From positions 124,248,001 through 124,312,000 of the forward strand of contig NC_082707.1 in assembly GCF_030144855.1 (NCBI RefSeq): a stretch of DNA of 64,000 bases. Reading direction: 5' to 3'. The position numbers and the translations under genes were made by a program. The notes under the pieces are model-generated. The model made no database searches, was not told the DNA's origin, and saw only the letters and a program-made list of their open reading frames with translations. Shown one piece after another: positions 39,136 to 51,239 of the stretch (positions are counted from its first letter, which is position 1; the number at the start of each line of letters is the position of its first letter). Origin of the DNA: Hypanus sabinus (lineage: Eukaryota).

Positions 39136-39433
39136 TCTATGACCCTCACAGAGCAGATATACAAAGCACCCATTAAACACCATCTCAAAAAAAATCGCGA
39201 GTTGAGGCTTCCTTCAGGTTTTTAATGAGATCTTACTTACAGAAAGATATTGCTGTTTCAAAGGCAAATAAAGAGGGGCTGCAGATGGACGCCTTTCCCG
39301 TGTGCTTCAAATCAAAATCCAAATTTATCCGCAAAGGAAATGACACACACAAAAAAGTTTACATACAGGAAGTGACATTCATACAAAGTGAACTGCATAC
39401 AAAACAAACTGTACTTCTAGTGGTCAGAATACA
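39136..39433 (-). repeat. BEL/Pao 5' LTR
   Basis: Begins TGTATTCTGACCACTAGAAG on the minus strand and is followed internally by GTCAAAAGA. Homologous to 36728-37013. Confidence 0.85.
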
Positions 39434-42400
39434 CATCCTTCCTGTAGTGAGGCAACTTGAACAGTGCATAATACTCCAGGAATGTCCTTCCCAGTATTTT
39501 ACACAGCTTTAACAAGGCATCTCAACTCTTATCTTCTATGCCACAGCTGATCCACCTGTGCTGCCACTTTTATAGACCTATGCACTTGCATCCCCATGGC
39601 CTCCCTGTTCATCAACACTCCCTCGTGCCCTTAGGCACTGTACTTACCTACCTGCGTTTGCTCTGCCAAACCACATTACCTCAGCATTGTTAGTATTGCA
39701 TTCCATTTCCCATTGCTCCACCCAGTTTTCCAGCAAATCTGTAGCCTGCTGTGCTCTTAGGCAAATTTCCTGCTACCTCCGACACCAACAATTTTCATTC
39801 TATCCACCACTACTTATCATACTTCCTACATTCACATCCAAGTACATCACGAACATCAAGGTCCCAGCTCAAATCCTGTTGTACACCACTGGAAATTGGT
39901 TTCCAGTCAGAATAGTTGCTCTTCCACCAGCACACCTCCCCTTCGATTTTGGTACCAATTTGCCAGCTTGCCTTGGATTCCACAGGGTCTAAACTTTTGG
40001 ACCAGCCTTTCATGCAGCAACTTACCAAAGGTCTGGAAATAACATCTACGACACTCCCCTCATGAATTAGCAGAGCCATCACCTCAAATAATCAAAGTGG
40101 TGCAATGGGATCTCCTACCATCAAAGCCATGCTGGCTCTTCCAATCCCTGCCTTTCCAACTGAAGATAAATCCTATCCCTTGTCAGCATTTTTCCAATTT
40201 TCCTCAGTCAGAATCTGAGGTGTTTATAGTACCAAATGACAAGAGAAGACTGCAGGGAAGGAGACCAGGGATGTATACAAAAGCAAAATGAAAATTCTGA
40301 CCCAAGGACTGAAGCACTGGGTGAACGGGTAAAGGCAAAGTACAAATGTGTTAACAGTAGCCTAGCCCCACAGTGACAGCATGGGAGACCTTTGTAGTAA
40401 ATGCTAATTGGTTTATTACTGTCACATGTACTGAGGTACAGTAAAAAAAATGTTTTGCTTGCCATCCATACAGATCATTCCAAAAAAATATTGAGATAGC
40501 ACAAAGGGAAAAATAACAACTGAAGACCGATTTAAGTGTTATAGTTACATTTAGGCCATGAGGAGGTAGTTTGTGGGGTGAAGAGTCTATCTTATTGTAC
40601 TACAGGATCATTCAATAGTCTCAGAACAGCAGGATATAAGCTATTCTTAAGCCTGGAGTTATGTTTTCTGGTTTGTGCACCTTTTGCCAATGCAGCCAGC
40701 GGTGGTGGGGGGGGGGGGGGGGTAAGTGAAGAATGATCAGACTGGGAGAGGTCTTTGATAATGCCGGCTGCTTTCTTGAGGCAATGAGAAGTATAGACAG
40801 AATCTATGGCGGTGAGGGGGGCAGGCTGGAGGGAGAGGCCAGTTTCCACATTGGAGGAGAAAAAAATTGTACAAATAAAAATGGAGATGGCTAATCAACT
40901 CCAACCAAAGCTAAACCCTACAACTTGCAAGAGAGATGGGAATCTCAGTTGCTGTTCCACTTCCAACCCACGCTTACCCAAGCCATCTGCAGCAGATCAG
41001 ATACCCTTCCAAATTAACAGACAACTTTGCACAGAGTGAGAGAAGACAGGAACTTCCAGGTTAGTCCCACATATCTACAAAGACAGCCACAAAGCTACAT
41101 TGAAGGCTGTACCAACACAACAAGAGCTGGACAGAAAAACACAGAGCAGCTGAAACTAAAGACAACCCAAAGGTTCTGTGCACAACAAGTTAACACCTGT
41201 TCCAATTCTTCCAGGCTCAACAATTAGTTGCTGGTGGAGCTACAGCACAAACTCTGGAGATGCCCCGGCATGCTCACCAGGAAGTGTCGAGAGCCACCTC
41301 TTTGGAGAAAATGCACTACACTCCCACACTAGGTCACAGCCCTTTGCAAACACATCTTTTTTTCCCCCATGCTCATTTCACTGCAACCCCACTCATTCAC
41401 AGGATTGTGTGAGCAACACCAGGATTTTTATTGCCTGTGCAGGACCACCTCTGAAGATGGTCAATCATACTGCTATATCTGCAGTCACCTACCAACCAGA
41501 TCAGATAAGGATGGTCTGGTCAGTTTGAACCGGATGGGTTCCCAAAACTATGCAGCATTACTGACACTACCATTTTTCTTTAAAACCTCCAAATTTACCT
41601 AAATATATAAATTTAAACTATTCAGCTACCATGGTGGAATTTGAGCTTGTGTTTTTGAAGTCAGTTTCCAGGCCTCTGGATGCGACTCCAGTAGCGTAAT
41701 CACTACGTACCATCTCCCTAGCTCCTGATGGGGAGAAATGAATAGCAATTAACACATGGCATAAACAGCAATCTGACAATGACTGGTTAATTAACATTCC
41801 TATATACACAGACACACCAAAAAAAAAATCAGCAATAGATGCAGAATGCTGGGATAATTTCAACCAGTAGACACTAGAGATAATATAGATGCTGGAAATC
41901 TTGAGACACACACACACAATACTGGGAAAACTCAGGTCAGGCAGCATCTATGGAGAGAAATATAGTCAATGTTTGGAGCTGAGATACTTCATCAGGACCC
42001 AACCAGCAGACAGGGTAGACAAGGCCTTGGTTGAGAGTTCTACTGAGAGTACAGCATCCTCACTGCTGCACTGGAACGTCAGTCTAGGTTATGTCCTCAC
42101 ACTCCTGAAGCAGGTTGTGAACTCAAACTTCTCATTCAGAACCACTGAACGCCTGGAGAGGAAAACTACCACTTAGTGGTGCACCACAATTTCAGGTGGC
42201 CTACCACAAATGGTCACTATATTCTTGTGGTCGACACTGGCCAGGCAATTAAAGGATGGCGATTGTTAAAGAAGGAATGTTTTATTTTGGTTTCTTGCAC
42301 ATTTAGTTAAGACCCCGTTGAATTAATCAGGAAAATTTAGGCCCAGTAAGGGTTGACTTTAAAGGGATGTTTAAAATAGAGGTGCCTGGATTACACTGAA

Positions 42401-44174
42401 ACAGGTCTCCCAGCGGTGAAATGCTGCTCATCCTCCAAGCCAGCTTTGCCATACCTTAAAAACCAATAGTTGGAAGAACTCAGCAAGTCAAACAGCAACT
42501 GCGGCTTGACTCATTGAGTTCTTACCGAGTGGTGTGCTATTTGCTAAATTTACAATGTCTATCGTCCCTTGCTACTCCATCCTCTTCTTCCTACCTTTCT
42601 TCATTCTGCCTCATCTTCATACTTCTTTCTTCCTCTTGCCCTTAAATGCATCTACAGTATTCTACACCGTAAGCCTTAGAGAGATCCACTATTTCCATAC
42701 CAGGAGAAAAAGCAAAAAGAGATCTTTGTAAAACTTACTGGAGATAGTTTTTGATAACCTGCACTCTTCCAAATGCAAACATAATGCCTACCTCTAACTT
42801 GCTAAACAGTGCCATAATATTAATGAAGCCCCTATCAGTGAAAGTACCACTATTTTGCTCAGGCTTTCCTGAATTCTTTCTTATAAATCCTGTTGCACTG
42901 CCTTTTGAATTTTCATACCTATATCACATCAAAGAGAAATGTGAATATCTCAGTAAGATGTATCAGATTTGAAACAGAGGACTTTACAAAGGAAGGACTG
43001 ATAAAGGATATAATCTCGAACTCTACCCGCAATTACATAGTAACCTTACACCAGTAGGGTTACTATGTAATTTAGTGCACAGTACAGGAGGTGTGATGGG
43101 CGACCTGAATTTCTGGCCAATGTCTACCTGCCACTGCATTGATTTATCGGGCAGGAGTATAGAGGGAAGAGTCACAGTGAATCGACATGCACGCTTGTGT
43201 TTTAGGGACAGCAGTTATCATTCTGCCTCCCCTTGCACCAGGAAGAGGGCAGAAGACGACAGTTTAAATGTGTCTGTCAAAGGACACGGCTGCCACTCAG
43301 TGGGAGAACACACACCGGGGGAAGTCAGAACTTCAAACGCAGCACCTATGGGTCTCAACCCAAAACATCCCGTCCATAGGCGCTGCCTGACCTGATGAGT
43401 TCCTCCTGCATTTTGTGTGCATTGCTCAAGATTTCCAAAGTCTCACATTTTCTCAGTGAGAGAAGATCCCCACCCACCACACACCAACTCCAACAATCCC
43501 CATACCACACAAAGAAAATGGGATATAGACAGAGAAATAAACAAACTCCAAAAAGATCATTCAAATTCAACTTGGGGTTGCAGTACACAACTTCAATTGT
43601 CTGTGCAAATAAACAAGCGTCTCTTTGTACTGCATCAAATAGACAGAGGCTCATTTCGAAAGCTGCACCCTATCCAGACAGCTGTCCCTCTGCTGCTCAG
43701 AAAATGTAATTCAGTGGCTATGGTGTTACGCTCCAGCTCCTGGTGAGACAAGCTCGACATATACCAGCTAAGAGACTCCAGCACCAGCACATGTGCCAGC
43801 TGGTAGTCAGTTACACAGCACCAGTACAAACCTAAAAGTTGGTACTGATATATTTTTGTCACGGGTACCCGAATACAATGGGGAAAAATTGTTTGCGTGC
43901 CATGCGGACAGATCATACCATGCATTAGTACACAAGGTAACAGAATGCATACTATAATGTTATCACTGAGGACCCCTTCACCCAGGTTATGCCTTGTTCT
44001 CACTGCTACCATTAGGAAGGTGGTACAGAAGCCTGAAGGCATACACTTCATGATTCAGGAGCAGCTTCTTCTTATCTGCCATCCAATTTCTGAATGGACA
44101 CTGAACCCACAAACATTACCTCACTACTTTTATTATTTCTATTTTTGTACTACTTATTAAATATATATATACCT

Positions 44175-45080
44175 TCTATGCGGTGGTGTACTGGGGCAAT
44201 GACATCAACACGGGTGATGCCCACAGGTTCAATAAACTGATTAGAAGGGCTCACTCTGTATAGGAGTCAAACTGGACACAGTGGAGTCTGTGGTAGAACA
44301 AAGGACCCTCCAGAAAATCCTGGCAGTTCTGGACAATGTTTCTCACCCTCTGCATGCCACCTTGGCTGAACAGAGGAGCACTTTCAGTAATAGACTAAAG
44401 GCTGATTTATACTTGTGCGTCACATCTACGCCACAGGTGTCACGTACCCTACGCCGTACCTGCGCTGTACCCTATGCAGTAGGGTGACGTGCATCTCTCC
44501 AGAAAAGTTACTCACGCATCATGGCGACACAGACCACAACAACTGTGATCGGTCCACTTGGTAGCATTGCATTTCCTCCTTCGCATTTCCGGTTGCTTCT
44601 TGTACACCGATATGAAATAGGTGAACCAAATCGTTAAATCTACCTGCCAACATGCGAAAATGTTTGAAATGCATTTCCTCATCCACATCTCTCAAGAAGA
44701 GGCTCAACACAGTGGCATAGAAACCCCACCGCCAACAAGCGTTTTGGTGCACACCAACGCATGCTCGCTACAGCGTGGAGCGACGCAGAAGTGAAAATCA
44801 GGGGTACAGCACAGGCTGCAGCATAGCCTGTGTGCACAAGTATAAATCAGCCTTAAGACAACTGCACTGCTGCACTAAATGGGATCATTCTTACCCTCAG
44901 CCATTAGGCTCCATAATGACTCAACCTATAGCCAGGGAAGTGATGACCCCCTCCTGTTAGACTGCTTGAGGTAACTTATTGTTTATTCTTTCTCACTTCT
45001 CTTCTAATATTTGTATATCTGTGTACTTGTAATGCTACTGTGACACTGTAATTTCTTTTGGGATTGATAAAATATCTATT
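44175..45080 (+). mobile_element. LINE 3' end (Rex/Babar-like) interrupted by a MITE
   Basis: FYAVVYWGN...NKLIRRAHSVIG...LDNVSHPLH...STFSNRL|RQLHC. The reading frame rejoins when the MITE and one TAA are removed. Confidence 0.75.
44399..44853 (-). mobile_element. PIF/Harbinger-derived MITE
   Basis: Perfect 20-bp TIR AGGCTGATTTATACTTGTGC / GCACAAGTATAAATCAGCCT and 3-bp TSD TAA (44396-44398, 44854-44856). Internal minus-strand LRDVDEEMHFKHFRMLAGRFNDLVH resembles a Harbinger transposase N-terminus (FxxxFRMxxxxFxxL). Confidence 0.9.
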
Positions 45081-45699
45081 AATATCCACACACACACGAG
45101 TAATTCAGTTTTTTTCTCTACTGCGTATTGCACTGTACTGCTGCTGCGAAGTCAACAAATTTCACGACATATGCCGGTGACCTTAAACCTGATTCTGGTT
45201 CTGATGGTCAGTTTATGCATCGGTACCAGCTCCCAGCAGGAAGCTGGTAGTCAGTGTACATCTCAATGCCTTTACATATACCAGACTCATATCAGCAAGG
45301 AGCAAGGCATGTAGTTGTTTCCATCACAATTCTACAGTATCTTCCAGCAATGCACTGGGGTAGAAACAAGATGAACAACGGTCCTTAAAGGACACCAGCA
45401 CAAGTGTCCATCACGCTGGCCAGACGTTCTCCTGAGGCGGTCCTCCAGAATCGAGGCTATCTTGCAGCCTCGCATGTTCAGAGGTGGCCAGGGTTGCTGA
45501 TGACCAAAGTGGGACCTGTAGATTGTGGTAATTTCAGTAATCCAATCAGTGTCCTCTCGGATGGATAAAGCACAATCTCTCTCCTCAGATTTGGGCTGAA
45601 ACTTTGTAAAGGATGGGAAGGTTATGCAAACATATTACAAGCTGCAGAAAACTAAAATGATATAGCATTAACTTAAAATTGCACAGTAAGCCAAAACAG

Positions 45700-45902
45700 N
45701 NNNNNNNNNNNNNNNNNNNNNNNNNNNNNNNNNNNNNNNNNNNNNNNNNNNNNNNNNNNNNNNNNNNNNNNNNNNNNNNNNNNNNNNNNNNNNNNNNNNN
45801 NNNNNNNNNNNNNNNNNNNNNNNNNNNNNNNNNNNNNNNNNNNNNNNNNNNNNNNNNNNNNNNNNNNNNNNNNNNNNNNNNNNNNNNNNNNNNNNNNNNN
45901 NN
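45700..45902. other. Assembly gap (run of N)
   Basis: 203 consecutive N. Confidence 1.
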
Positions 45903-46754
45903 TACCTGCTGATCAACATTTGATGCTAATTACATTCAAGCGAAAGGGGGTTAGAGTACTTTCCTTACCCAAAATTGTGAAGTGCAGTGGCATTGTTATG
46001 CCAATTCAACTGAAATGCAATTAGTTTTACACAACGGCTAGAACAGAGCCTTGTTTAAATTTATGTTTCAAATTGTCAATGGTGGAACCTGAACCTTCAC
46101 TACCTGCTCAAAAATGCAACCACTGTGTCACACCCAATATAAGTCAGTGAGGCACATGATCCAGACACAGCATATAGCTGAGAATTTCAGACAGACTGTT
46201 ATACTCAAGGTCAGTGCACGTGATCCATGGAATGGTAGAATAACAGAATGTTAAAACCATTCTGTTATTTTGTTACAGCCAGTATCAAAACTTTGCAAAT
46301 ATAACTTCAATTTAGCATGTGTTTTCATTGAACAGCAAGATAAATATTCTGCTTTCATGCTATCAGAAAGAACATGAGTCATTGGCACACAGCTCCTGTT
46401 AGCACATGTCCAGAACTAACTTTAACACCACCCATCGCTCAATCTATTAAAAAAAAATTAGCCATGAAGAACTATTTTCTTGACAACTGGCCCAAATTCC
46501 AGAATTTAGCTTATATGAAACAGAGCCCGTCTTCCTCGTGCAGGAACATCAGTCAAGTACACAGTGACCAATCTTGGGCACACCCTGGTGTCTCTGAGCA
46601 TGCTCAGAAGTGTCTCCAAATGATCATGTTTCACCAAGCAGAGAAGGTAGCAAGACGGCTATCACCACCCAAAAATTAGTTCCATTGCGCCTTCATCTAT
46701 TCCTTAATTTATGCCTTCCCTTCTTCTAATGGATAAACAGGTGTGTTAAACATC

Positions 46755-47010
46755 TATTGTTTATTTATTGCGACACAGTGCAGAATAGGCCATTCTTTCA
46801 AGGTGCACCGCAAAGCAATCCATCGATTTAATCCTAGCTTAATCACGGGAAAATTTACAATGACCAACCAGCAAGTCTTTGGAGGAAACCAGAGCACCCA
46901 GAGGAAACCCAGGCAGTCACGGGGAGAACGTACAAACTCCTTACAGGAAGCAGCAGGTTCTCCCAGACTGTAAAGCATTGTGCTAACCACTATGCTACCA
47001 TGCCACCCAA
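46755..47010 (-). mobile_element. V-SINE copy
   Basis: GGAGGAAACCAGAGCACCCAGAGGAAACCC..GTCACGGGGAGAACGTACAAACTCCTTACAG..TGTAAAGCATTGTGCTAACCACTATGCTACC. Confidence 0.8.
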
Positions 47011-47526
47011 TATGATTCTGTTTAAGGTAAAGGCTAAACCGGATCCATCCAACAGAGTTTGAAGTACCCTGGAAAATTCGTCTAGCATCCTCACCCCTTG
47101 AGCTCTACTAAGCATCCCCTCACTGGAATGCAAGAACCGCCACATTGAGTTCAGTTTCAATACCCCAGCAGATGCACAATACCTTAACGGCATAGAATCA
47201 GACTGGATTTTTATCTTTTATAGGAAATATTTCACTGAGGTCTTGGAACCCAGCTGGGTAGACGTGAAGGCACATGAGCAAACTGCTTAATTCATTACTT
47301 CCGCTCACTTGAATAAGGTGAAGGAGGCAGAAGAGGGAGAGGAGAAAAGGTGTGGGAAGGGGGAAGGGATGTGGAAAGACCAAAATACAGGAAGTAATGA
47401 ACATATGAAGTGAATGAAGGAAAGGGAGGGAAGGGAGTAATATTTAGGAGTAAAAGGGTCTTGCTTTACACAAATTCACTCCAAAAACCTCCCCAATAAA
47501 TTAGGGGGTTCATTGCCGTTTTGTCA

Positions 47527-47730
47527 CCGGTCAGTGGTGTGGTGGCATCGGCACTGGACTTTGAGGTGAGTGGCCCCTTGCTTGAATCCGGCCGGATCCT
47601 TGCATGCTTTCCAATGTGCTGGGTTGAGCGTCAAGCTAGCAACTTGGCCTCTTAAAAAACAGATAAACGCTAAAGAAACGGCAAAGCTGAAGCCCAATGT
47701 GCCACAAGGCGCGGAGTGGAACAACAACAA
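47527..47730 (+). mobile_element. tRNA-derived SINE with an (AAC)n tail
   Basis: A-box-like TGGTGTGGTGG, B-box-like GCTTGAATCC, and ends GGAACAACAACAA. Confidence 0.65.
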
Positions 47731-49028
47731 TTGCCGTATTGTAGGAAATGCACCAGCTGATTCGTACACAAAATCCAGTTATCAGCTTCAGTGACATTGA
47801 TGGCGGTTTAAATACTGGTAGAGGCACCAGAGAGAAGCAACTTTCTCAACCTCAAACAGCATCATAGACCTTTTCAGTCCGCTCGAGTGTGTATCCACCC
47901 AGGCCTCGGTTTAACACTTCATATGAAAGATGAAACCACCAACATGCTAGATACTGTACATACACTTCTTCAGCACGACTTGGACCCAAAACACTCTGAC
48001 TGTGTTGAAAATATCAGCGCTGAGCCTAGACTGATGCCAACAACTCCAACCAGTGGTGCAAGAGTAATTTTCATGCTTGGCTTGCTTAGTGTACTGACTG
48101 ATGCAGCATTCCTTATGGGTTGAACAGACTTTGGACAATTGCAATGGTGTCCTCCACAGACATGCATTGCCCCCTTAAGGGCACTACTTGGGTACTCTCT
48201 CCGAGAGGCCAGCTAACTGGTACACTGTCAGTTTCTGACATCAGGTGAATTACTGATGCATATTAGAAGAAACTGTGCTAAATGCTATTTGACAGATTGT
48301 TTCACATCTACAACATGGGCCCCCATGGCACTGCTGCAGATTTATTCATGTCTCAAGGCTCTTATCCACCTTTGTCTTTCAATAATAGCATGATATGCCA
48401 GGTGCGTGGAACAACGCTGTAATTTCACTTAAAAGGCAGAACAATTATCTCTCCAGTGAAGTACGACTGTGGGACTCAAGACCAGTTGATCTCAAAAGAC
48501 ACAAGTGTGTCTTTAAAGTTTCTGCATAAAACTGGACATCCGAGCCTGGATTTATTGGATGAATGATTAAGAAATTGGAAATATTACAGACCAAGTACTT
48601 CACGTTCCATGAGAATTTCTTGTACAGTGCTTGCATTAGATAGTGTAATATAATAGTGGGATGAACAGGAGGTACAAGCAATAAAAACAATGTTAATCAC
48701 GTTCAGATAACGATACTTCAACCACACACTTCATTCGCAAGCCTTGCACAAACGTTTTGACACACCACCAGGTTAAATTTCACTTAGTTCACCCAACCCC
48801 ACTCCAAGAGTATAACCACCAATCCTACACCCCCATCCCTGAGCACAGCTTGCAACTCTCTTTCAGAAACAATTTAAGTTCTAAGTCCTCCTTTGGTAAT
48901 TTTCCTGTGGTGGGCACAGTGCAAGATTCCAGACCTCCACCTCTGCACAATAAACCCTTGGAATATTGAAACTATCGATATTACCAGCTACATGATAGCT
49001 GAAATAGAGATAAACTTCTAACCATATA

Positions 49029-49347
49029 CCAAACATGAGGAAATCTGCAGATGCTGGAAATTCAAGCAACACACACAAAATGCTGGTGGAAAGCAGCAGG
49101 CCAGGCAGCATCTATAGGAAGAAGTATTATAGTAAGGTTGGGATTGGTGCGGAGGGAGCGGAGAGCAGAGCGTTCGGAAGGAGAGAGATTGCAATTGGAA
49201 CACGGTGTGGTGAAGTCAAGACGGTTGATGTCCTGTCAACAATTAGCAATAAAGAGATCCAGAGCAGGCAATAGACCAGAAGATCCACTTCTCCCTATAG
49301 ATGCTGTCTGTTCTGCTGCATTCCATCAGGATTTTGTGTGTGTTGCT
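49029..49347. mobile_element. Penelope pLTR-derived fold-back element with a ~160-bp unrelated spacer
   Basis: Inverted arms at ~49064-49125 and ~49287-49348. 10-bp TSD TAACCATATA (49019-49028, 49348-49357). Confidence 0.8.
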
Positions 49348-49582
49348 TAACCATATAGTTAAGAGATTTATCTCTATATCAGTAATCACGTAACTGGTGA
49401 AGTACAATGTCAGAGCAGGGTTCCAAAGTATTAAAAACATTTCCACTCACACTACTGCCCAGCATCTCAAAACTCTTATCCTTTCTCAGTCTTCTGAGCA
49501 GACTAAACTTATCCCTATCTTTTCCATTCCCAACGGAAATAAAGTGCTTTCCATTAACCGGTAGAATCCCAATGCGCCAAAT

Positions 49583-50110
49583 CTAGAATCAGAATCAGGT
49601 TTATTATCACCGGCATCTGTTGTGAAATTTATTAACTTAGCAGCAGCAGTTCAATGCAATACATAATATAGAAGAAAAAATAATAAATCAATTACAGTAT
49701 ACGTATATTGAATAGATTAAAAACCGTGCAAAAAGCAAAAATAATATATATTTTAAAAAGTGAGAAACATAGAAAATAGGTGCAGGAGTAGGCCATTCAG
49801 CCCTTCGAGCCTGCACCGCCATTCAATATGATCATGGCTGATCATCCAACTCAGAACCCTGTACCTGCTTTCTCTCCATACCCCTGATCCCTTTAGCCAC
49901 AAGGGACATATCTTAAATATAGCCAATGAACCGGCCTCAACTGTTTCCTGTGGCAGAGAAGGTAGTGAGGTAGTGTCCACTGATTCAACGTCCATTTAGG
50001 GATCGGATGGCAGAAGAGAAGAACCTGTTCCTGAATCTCAGTGTGTGCCTTCAGGCTTCTGCACCTCCTACTTGATGGTAACAATGAGAAGAGGGCGTGC
50101 CCTGGGTGCC
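49583..50110 (-). mobile_element. Rex/Babar-type LINE 3' end with a nested CR1 3' tip (~49765-49960)
   Basis: (AGAATC)n tail; HPGHALFSLLPSSRRCRSLKAHT on the minus strand; CR1 tip AAACATAGAAAATAGGTGCAGGAGTAGGCCATTCAGCCC. Confidence 0.75.
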
Positions 50111-51239
50111 ACTCCAATTCACTGCCACAACTCAGCATCCCAAATCTCCTATCTTGCTATGCCTTCCCAATAGGCCAAAGCCCTCTCACCGACCTAATGT
50201 CAATGGAACAAGCCCATCCTATTCATCATACCATCATATCACAACTCCCTCCTATCCCTTCCAAACCCCTTCCCATCATTCCCAAAACAGGCATCACAAA
50301 GGGCAGGGTTGGATACCCAATACAATTCCCATTCACTCCAATTGATTCAAGTTTCCTTTTCCCAATCCATTTCCAAGTGTAAAATCCTGATGAACCAAGC
50401 CAGTGCCACCAGATTCACCTAAACACAGGTTTGGGGAACCAAGAATTGAAGGGCACGGGTCAAGGAGAAAGTGAAGAGTTTTTATAGGAACCTGAGCAGC
50501 AACTTTTCCCCATGGCATGAGAAGTGGTAGAAGCCAGTAGGTTAACATTTAACAGGTACATGAATCAAAATGGTTTTTCTTAAGGATATGAGCAAATAAA
50601 ACTAGTTTATTTGGGACTGTTGATCAGCATGGACCAGTTGAGCTGAAGGGCATACTTCAGCGTGACTAACAGAATAATTTCCCTTGCATGAAAAGCGAAT
50701 GGCTCATTCTGGCTAAATTTACTGTGGTAACCAGGATGAGATGGGGACTCCTCTGTGTCACCATTCCCACTTTCTGCCCAATGACTACTGAATAATTTGA
50801 ATACAGAAATAAGATTCTGTCTTCAGCCTGTCCAACGTTGGAAACACAGCCTTCTGCCTCCTTAAGACTTTAGAGCTGCATGGATGATTGAAGGCCCTTA
50901 GTTTACTAACAGGAGTGCTGCCCAAGTGAATTCAAATCTGTCAGAATAAATGGAATCAGTGACGTAATAGATTCCAAAGGTTAGTGGGTTTTTTGCAGAA
51001 GAAACAGAGGTGGTGTCCCCTCCCCCACGCAAGTACATTTACACAATTGGTTGCTGTGATTTGGGGCGCAGCCTAGAGAAAGCAGGTTCAATGTCAATTT
51101 TTAAAAGCGAACCAGAGAATTTTATAAAGTTAGAATCTGCCAGGCCACAGAAAAAGTCATGGGAAAAGTTTAATAGGAGCTTTTAATGAGCTGACACCGC
51201 CCTCCTTAGTGATGCAGGGCTCCATGTACAGGGTTAACT

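Larger units (their letters stand above)
36728..39433 (-). mobile_element. BEL/Pao LTR retrotransposon, internally deleted, with two LTRs
   Basis: Direct repeats at 36728-37013 and 39136-39433. PPT GCCAGGCAGGAAG immediately before the TGT of the 3' LTR. Minus-strand pol remnants: protease-region ECDHISNNRDEISTPEAA, RT LWFCDHQLDDEIPEYCMR...PAVAIYGLR and ERHFCVDDGLKS...KIASNSAEV...EDLAKGLQNLDL, and RNase H LCIFCDALTKAIDAVANLKV...RAKFAP. Confidence 0.9.
36500..40200 (-). mobile_element. Old CR1 LINE split by the BEL/Pao insertion (pieces 36500-36727 and 39434-40200)
   Basis: Left ...TCAATCCAGGCAGC..ATCCTCTGCATTCTC and right CATCCTTCCTGTAGTG..ATAATACTCCA are adjacent in CR1. SDWKPISSGVQQDL in ORF 39810-40082. 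Confidence 0.75.

Noticed and set aside
45668-45919. ORFs spanning the poly-X stretch
   Set aside because: Artefacts of the N gap.
47527-47610. Possible tRNA gene (also the V-SINE heads)
   Set aside because: Only degenerate A/B boxes, no full cloverleaf, and each continues into a SINE body and tail.
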